Of a stretch of DNA of 63,979 nucleotides, positions 60,333 to 63,979 are shown one piece after another. Location of the stretch: the NCBI GenBank assembly GCA_964459725.1, contig CAYWNT010000010.1, forward strand, positions 5,739 through 69,717, given 5' to 3'. The notes below the pieces were generated by a model. That model was not told the DNA's origin, did not search any database, and saw only the letters and a list, made by a program, of their open reading frames with translations. This stretch comes from an uncultured Gammaproteobacteria bacterium (lineage in GTDB: Bacteria; Patescibacteriota; Patescibacteriia; Patescibacteriales; UBA12075). Every line of letters starts with the position of its first letter. Position 1 is the first letter of the stretch. The position numbers and the translations under genes are program-made.

Positions 60333-61886
60333 TTATTCAAAGGGTAGGTTTGAAGGAGGAGAACCTTTTTTCTCAACCTTGTCTTTTTTTATTGTCTCAA
60401 TGCTCTCTTTTGCTGCATCCTCCGTATTCACCATCTCGTCCTCTCCGCTCTCCACCTCCTCTTGGCCAGGTACTATCTTGTCGTATTTTTCTAGGCTACT
60501 GTTTATGTTGGTGTCGCTAAAAATACTGTCAGTTGCTTTTGTCTCACTAAATAACTTATCACTCTCAGCATCCTCAATAAGTGGGAGTGCCATAGGTGGT
60601 TCTGATTTTCTACCTGGAGCCTTCTGTATCATTGGAGCTTTTACAGCACCTTCAACAGGAAAATGCCAGAGAGTGGCTAACTCCTCAACACTCATATAGC
60701 CCGCCTTTCGTCCGCCAGAATAACTTCTGCCTTTATAGTTTTTCATTATCTTGTTTTTCTTCATGTTTATTCTCTGATCTTTAAAAAGATAAGCTCCGGT
60801 GGTGGCAGTGTAGGTCATGTCTGGCTTAAAGCTGTTTAAGTCATAATCAGTAAACTGCTTCATGTAGCCCACAAATCCGTTCACAGCCTTCGGCTTCACC
60901 ATTACGTCCTTTTTTGCTACATAGATCATTCTTATCTTGGCGCCAAAACCTATCTGGGAAATCTTGCGTTGAATTGCCTCTACCTGCTTTTTTTGCTTAG
61001 GTCTAAGATTCATCATTTGCAGAGGTTCGGATTTCTCTGGCTCTTTTGTCTCAATGTCGCCCCAAAGGCTATACACTGCCTCGCTGAAATTTTCTAAAAT
61101 TGACAAAAAAAACTTTATCATTTTATCAAAGATTGTTTCTGTCGGAGAATAATCGTTCATAATCTTCTTGATCTCGTCTTCACCAGGCTTGATATGATCA
61201 TCCAAGATTGGCAGTATTATAATTTGCTGCCAGAGTTGCTCTCCGGGTTTCAGACTACTACATAAATCCATAAGAGAGGCCATTGGGTCCTTGAACTGTT
61301 CCTCAGGCTTTCCAACGTCAGATAGAAAATCATTGTAAGTTTTTATCGGGTACCCTACAGGATCAGCCAACATAAACTCGGCGCCAAATAAATCATACTC
61401 GCTATCAGGGTATTTGTCTGGCATGTTTTCTGTGTAGTCATTTACCTCAGTAATTTCAGCATCCGGATACTGAGAGTAAACTGCTGACTCTATCAGGTTT
61501 CTATTTGCCTCTGGGGCATGAATCAAAAATTGAGTATATCCATCTATGCTGACAATTTCTAGACTAATTGTCAGTTGAAATTGTCCTTCCCAGTAAGTTT
61601 CTAGTAAATTTTTAGTTCCATGAGCGCCGGCTAAATATGAAAAAATATTCTCAACTGCTTTAGGTAATTGATTATTGCTTTTTGGTATATCAACAGCTAA
61701 TATTTTGAACTTTTGCTCTGATGCCCACTTATCCTGGATATAATCCATCCAAAGCTGAAAAACACCCCACAAAAACACCACCGCAATTGGCATCCAGCCA
61801 AAATTAAGCAGCAATGTCAAGAGCATCTGATCTGCTGGCATATTTAGTATACTGTAGAGCGACGACAAGTCTATTTCTAATTCCAC
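60333..61886 (-). CDS. Membrane-anchored hypothetical protein, partner of the VirD4-like ATPase
   Basis: 517 aa; GTG start in the track (internal ATG at Met16 possible); N-terminal TM helix pair. Confidence 0.6.
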   Translation of the reverse strand: MELEIDLSSLYSILNMPADQMLLTLLLNFGWMPIAVVFLWGVFQLWMDYIQDKWASEQKFKILAVDIPKSNNQLPKAVENIFSYLAGAHGTKNLLETYWEGQFQLTISLEIVSIDGYTQFLIHAPEANRNLIESAVYSQYPDAEITEVNDYTENMPDKYPDSEYDLFGAEFMLADPVGYPIKTYNDFLSDVGKPEEQFKDPMASLMDLCSSLKPGEQLWQQIIILPILDDHIKPGEDEIKKIMNDYSPTETIFDKMIKFFLSILENFSEAVYSLWGDIETKEPEKSEPLQMMNLRPKQKKQVEAIQRKISQIGFGAKIRMIYVAKKDVMVKPKAVNGFVGYMKQFTDYDLNSFKPDMTYTATTGAYLFKDQRINMKKNKIMKNYKGRSYSGGRKAGYMSVEELATLWHFPVEGAVKAPMIQKAPGRKSEPPMALPLIEDAESDKLFSETKATDSIFSDTNINSSLEKYDKIVPGQEEVESGEDEMVNTEDAAKESIETIKKDKVEKKGSPPSNLPFE

Positions 61887-62052
61887 GTTTTAACTACCCA
61901 TACCAGTCATCTGCTCAATAATAATTAAATTATTTTGAGTTTCACAACCAATATAGGCAAATTTATTATTTTTAAAAATTATACCATATTTTGAAGCATT
62001 ATCCAAATGAAGCACCCTTTATTTATGTAATATAATTAATCTGTTAACAAAC

Positions 62053-62080
62053 TTGACAAATTCTGAAAATATGCTATAAT
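62053..62080 (+). promoter_or_regulatory. Orphan plus-strand promoter
   Basis: TTGACA-N16-TATAAT. Confidence 0.7.
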
Positions 62081-62086
62081 GCTCAG

Positions 62087-62241
62087 TTAACTTAAAAACA
62101 TGAGACTCTATTATTAAAGGACAAAAACATGGAAGATTTACTTGATATGCTTTTCGGTGGCACAAAGAAATAAACGAAAAGTATAATTTCTCGCTAAGTG
62201 CAGAAACTAAAAAACCACTAACTTGAGTTAGTGGTTTTTTA
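62087..62241 (+). ncRNA. Orphan plus-strand micro-transcript (may encode a 14-aa peptide, 62129..62173)
   Basis: TTGACA-N16-TATAAT promoter and strong terminator bracket about 150 nt; sORF MEDLLDMLFGGTKK with AAAGGA upstream. Confidence 0.4.
62208..62241. terminator. Bidirectional terminator (mtaB / micro-transcript)
   Basis: A5-ACCACTAAC...GTTAGTGGT-T6. Confidence 0.8.
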
Positions 62242-63496
62242 GTTGAGCTACAGTCACTATGTTTCCAGGTTTAAGTTCTTCTGGCGGCTCAGTCACTTGA
62301 GATTTGCCAAATTCGATATCAAAATAATATTCTGTTTTGCCAATATACTTATCGCCCACTTTTTTCAATACAACTACTTCCAAATCCTTGAATTTAAATT
62401 TCTTTTTCCATTTCTCCTCCTGTATCTCACCATAATCTCTCAACTCTTTTGATCTTTCTTTTATAACTTCCGGTGAAACTTGGTTTGACATGCTAAAGGC
62501 TGGGGTTTTTTCATGTGATGAAAATGAAAAAACATGCAACCTGCTAAAGTCTACTTCCTTTATGAAGTCATAAGTTTTCTTGGCGTCGCTTTCTGTTTCT
62601 CCAGGAAATCCAACTATGACATCTGTACTTATGGCAATATCTGGGATCTTTTTTCTTATTTTTTTAATTTTCTCTTTAAATCTTTTTGTGTCATAAGGAC
62701 GATTCATGAGTTTTAATATTTTGTCATTTCCTGATTGAAGTGGGATGTGGAGGTGTCTGCAAAATTTTCTATCTTCACTCATCAGATTCAAGATGTCATC
62801 GGTAACCTCATTAATCTCAATCGAACTCAGACGAACTCTGCCTAGATTTTTTATTTTCAACACCTTTTTTAATAAATGGTATAAATCATTTTCTTTTTTC
62901 GCTTTGCCATTCAAATTTGTAATTCCAAAAAGCCCCAGATGGATTCCACTTAGCACCACCTCTCTATACCCCGCCCTCACTGCTTCCTCAATCTCCTCTA
63001 CAATCTCTTTTTCTTTTCTGCTTTTCAGTGGTCCCCTATTATGCGGTATTATGCAATATGAGCAAAATTGTTCGCATCCATCTTGGACCTTAATGAAATA
63101 TCTGGATCTGTCTGTGTTAAAATCACATGCAGAAATAAGAGCTGGTTTTTCCTCTCTTGGAAAAAATTTTAAAATCTCCTTCTTTAGGCCGTCTAGTTTT
63201 CCAACTCCCCAGATAAGATCAACTTGAGCTTCCTCCTTTGACAAACTATCAGAGGCTGGATAGCACCCCATTAGAATTATTTTTGCTCCAGGATTTTCTT
63301 CTCTGGCTTTGTTTAGCATTCTTTTCCCCTTTTGGATGGCTATCTTGGTAACAGAGCAAGTATTTACAACTGCTAGGTCTGCTTCCTTTTTCTTTTCAAT
63401 AAACCCAAGTTTACTGAGCTCTTTTCCTAGATTTCCAGAATCATACTGATTCACTTTACAACCAAGCGTATATAATTTATATGATATTTTCCTCAT
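62228..63496 (-). CDS. mtaB: MtaB-like tRNA methylthiotransferase (radical SAM)
   Basis: 422 aa; TLGCKVNQYDS UPF0004 start, CEQFCSYC rSAM motif. Confidence 0.8.
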   Translation of the reverse strand: MRKISYKLYTLGCKVNQYDSGNLGKELSKLGFIEKKKEADLAVVNTCSVTKIAIQKGKRMLNKAREENPGAKIILMGCYPASDSLSKEEAQVDLIWGVGKLDGLKKEILKFFPREEKPALISACDFNTDRSRYFIKVQDGCEQFCSYCIIPHNRGPLKSRKEKEIVEEIEEAVRAGYREVVLSGIHLGLFGITNLNGKAKKENDLYHLLKKVLKIKNLGRVRLSSIEINEVTDDILNLMSEDRKFCRHLHIPLQSGNDKILKLMNRPYDTKRFKEKIKKIRKKIPDIAISTDVIVGFPGETESDAKKTYDFIKEVDFSRLHVFSFSSHEKTPAFSMSNQVSPEVIKERSKELRDYGEIQEEKWKKKFKFKDLEVVVLKKVGDKYIGKTEYYFDIEFGKSQVTEPPEELKPGNIVTVAQLKNH

Positions 63497-63563
63497 TTAT
63501 TCGCGTATTTAAGCCTATTTTTAGTGTTTAAAGTTGATATCAATATATATTATTGGAAGGGCC

Positions 63564-63592
63564 TTGTCAAATAATAATTATTCTGCTATTAT
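63564..63592 (+). promoter_or_regulatory. Promoter of the tRNA cluster
   Basis: TTGTCA-N17-TATTAT. Confidence 0.55.
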
Positions 63593-63643
63593 ATTAACAA
63601 ATAAAGTGCTAATCAAAAAAGGCAGTTTTATTTTTTTATTTTA

Positions 63644-63656
63644 GCGCCTATAGCTC
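63644..63656 (+). pseudogene. 13-nt copy of the 5' end of tRNA-Lys
   Basis: GCGCCTATAGCTC identical to 63760..63772, followed by unrelated sequence. Confidence 0.5.
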
Positions 63657-63759
63657 CCCGACGTTCGTCGGGACTAGAAGCAGTCTCCTCCTTCACAAGT
63701 CGGTTATCTCTTGGGAGTAAGTGTTAATTAAAAAATTACGTTATATACACTAATATAAT

Positions 63760-63832
63760 GCGCCTATAGCTCAGTCGGTAGAGCAGCTGCCTTTTAAGCA
63801 GAAGGTCGCAGGTTCGAATCCTGCTGGGCGCA
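63760..63832 (+). tRNA. tRNA-Lys (anticodon UUU)
   Basis: 73 nt cloverleaf by eye: acceptor GCGCCTA/TGGGCGC, D arm GCTC-AGTCGGTA-GAGC, anticodon loop CTTTTAA, T arm GCAGG-TTCGAAT-CCTGC. Confidence 0.9.
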
Positions 63833-63843
63833 CCTTAAATTAT

Positions 63844-63877
63844 GCCATCTTAGCTCAGCTGGTTAGAGCAACTGTTT
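63844..63877 (+). pseudogene. Truncated copy of the tRNA 5' part found at 63946
   Basis: Identical to 63946..63979 over all comparable bases; downstream sequence cannot form an anticodon stem or T arm. Confidence 0.6.
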
Positions 63878-63945
63878 TGCTTCAGCCCCGCCGTTACTTG
63901 GTGATAGAGTTAAGGTGATTTAAAATTTACCCCACATTTTTTTGT

Positions 63946-63979
63946 GCCATCTTAGCTCAGCTGGTTAGAGCAACTGTTT
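63946..63979 (+). tRNA. 5' part of a tRNA gene, truncated by the window end (identity undetermined)
   Basis: GCCATCT-TA-GCTC-AGCTGGTTA-GAGC-A-ACTGT-TT: acceptor, D arm and 5' anticodon stem; the window ends here. Confidence 0.55.

Noticed and set aside
58472-61886. The VirD4-like ATPase pair as part of an integrated conjugative element
   Set aside because: No relaxase, VirB4, VirB6/8/9/10, integrase or flanking repeats are in the window, and the flanks are housekeeping genes (rpsB-tsf, mtaB).
63844-63944. The first tRNA-like copy as an intron-containing or split (Nanoarchaeum-style) tRNA gene
   Set aside because: No 3' acceptor strand (AGATGGC), anticodon-stem partner or T arm occurs before the next copy. 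No complementary 3'-half gene is visible in the window. A truncated duplicate is the simpler explanation.

Overview
A+T-rich, gene-dense bacterial chromosome segment with about 63 protein genes. From about 27.9 kb onward nearly all genes are on the minus strand. There is no rRNA. One complete tRNA-Lys(UUU) and several tRNA pieces sit at the right edge. The housekeeping backbone comprises: a dTMP-synthesis cluster (dCMP deaminase, thyA, DHFR-like protein, two P-loop kinases, Tmk::Dut fusion); secE-nusG-rplK-rplA; a Pat-like acetyltransferase; gyrB; clpB with a perfect CIRCE; gltX; murA; leuS; tyrS; a gap/[FeFe]-hydrogenase operon; rpsB-tsf; and mtaB. The gene content (T4SS-pilin-like protein, VirD4-like ATPase, M23 peptidases, little biosynthesis) fits a small Patescibacteria/CPR-type genome, but this is inference only. 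Sigma70-type TTGACA-N16/17-TATAAT promoters and hairpin+U-run terminators can be read by eye for most transcription units and were used to fix strands and starts. The most interesting part is the accessory stretch at 33.6-45.7 kb, which holds three things. (1) Two unrelated radical-SAM operons, each led by a short precursor-like ORF missing from the ORF track (41 aa Cys-rich; 44 aa Ser/Thr/Pro-tailed), each with a strong SD and a GC-rich hairpin between precursor and maturase. (2) A PaaX/Cas2-fold regulator embedded in four copies of a local 40-nt hairpin repeat. (3) An SPFH-like operon in which two otherwise unrelated proteins share a near-identical 94-aa C-terminal module. Elsewhere there are several small transcripts bounded by a promoter and a terminator and carrying anti-SD-like CUCCUU loops (around the XerC/D-like recombinase gene and at 19.2 kb). 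Other observations are a leaderless-mRNA signature (TATAAT-N5/6-ATG), a G9 tract in front of a G+C-rich Cys-rich ORF, and 5' tRNA fragment duplications. All functional calls come from motif recognition by eye; no searches were run.
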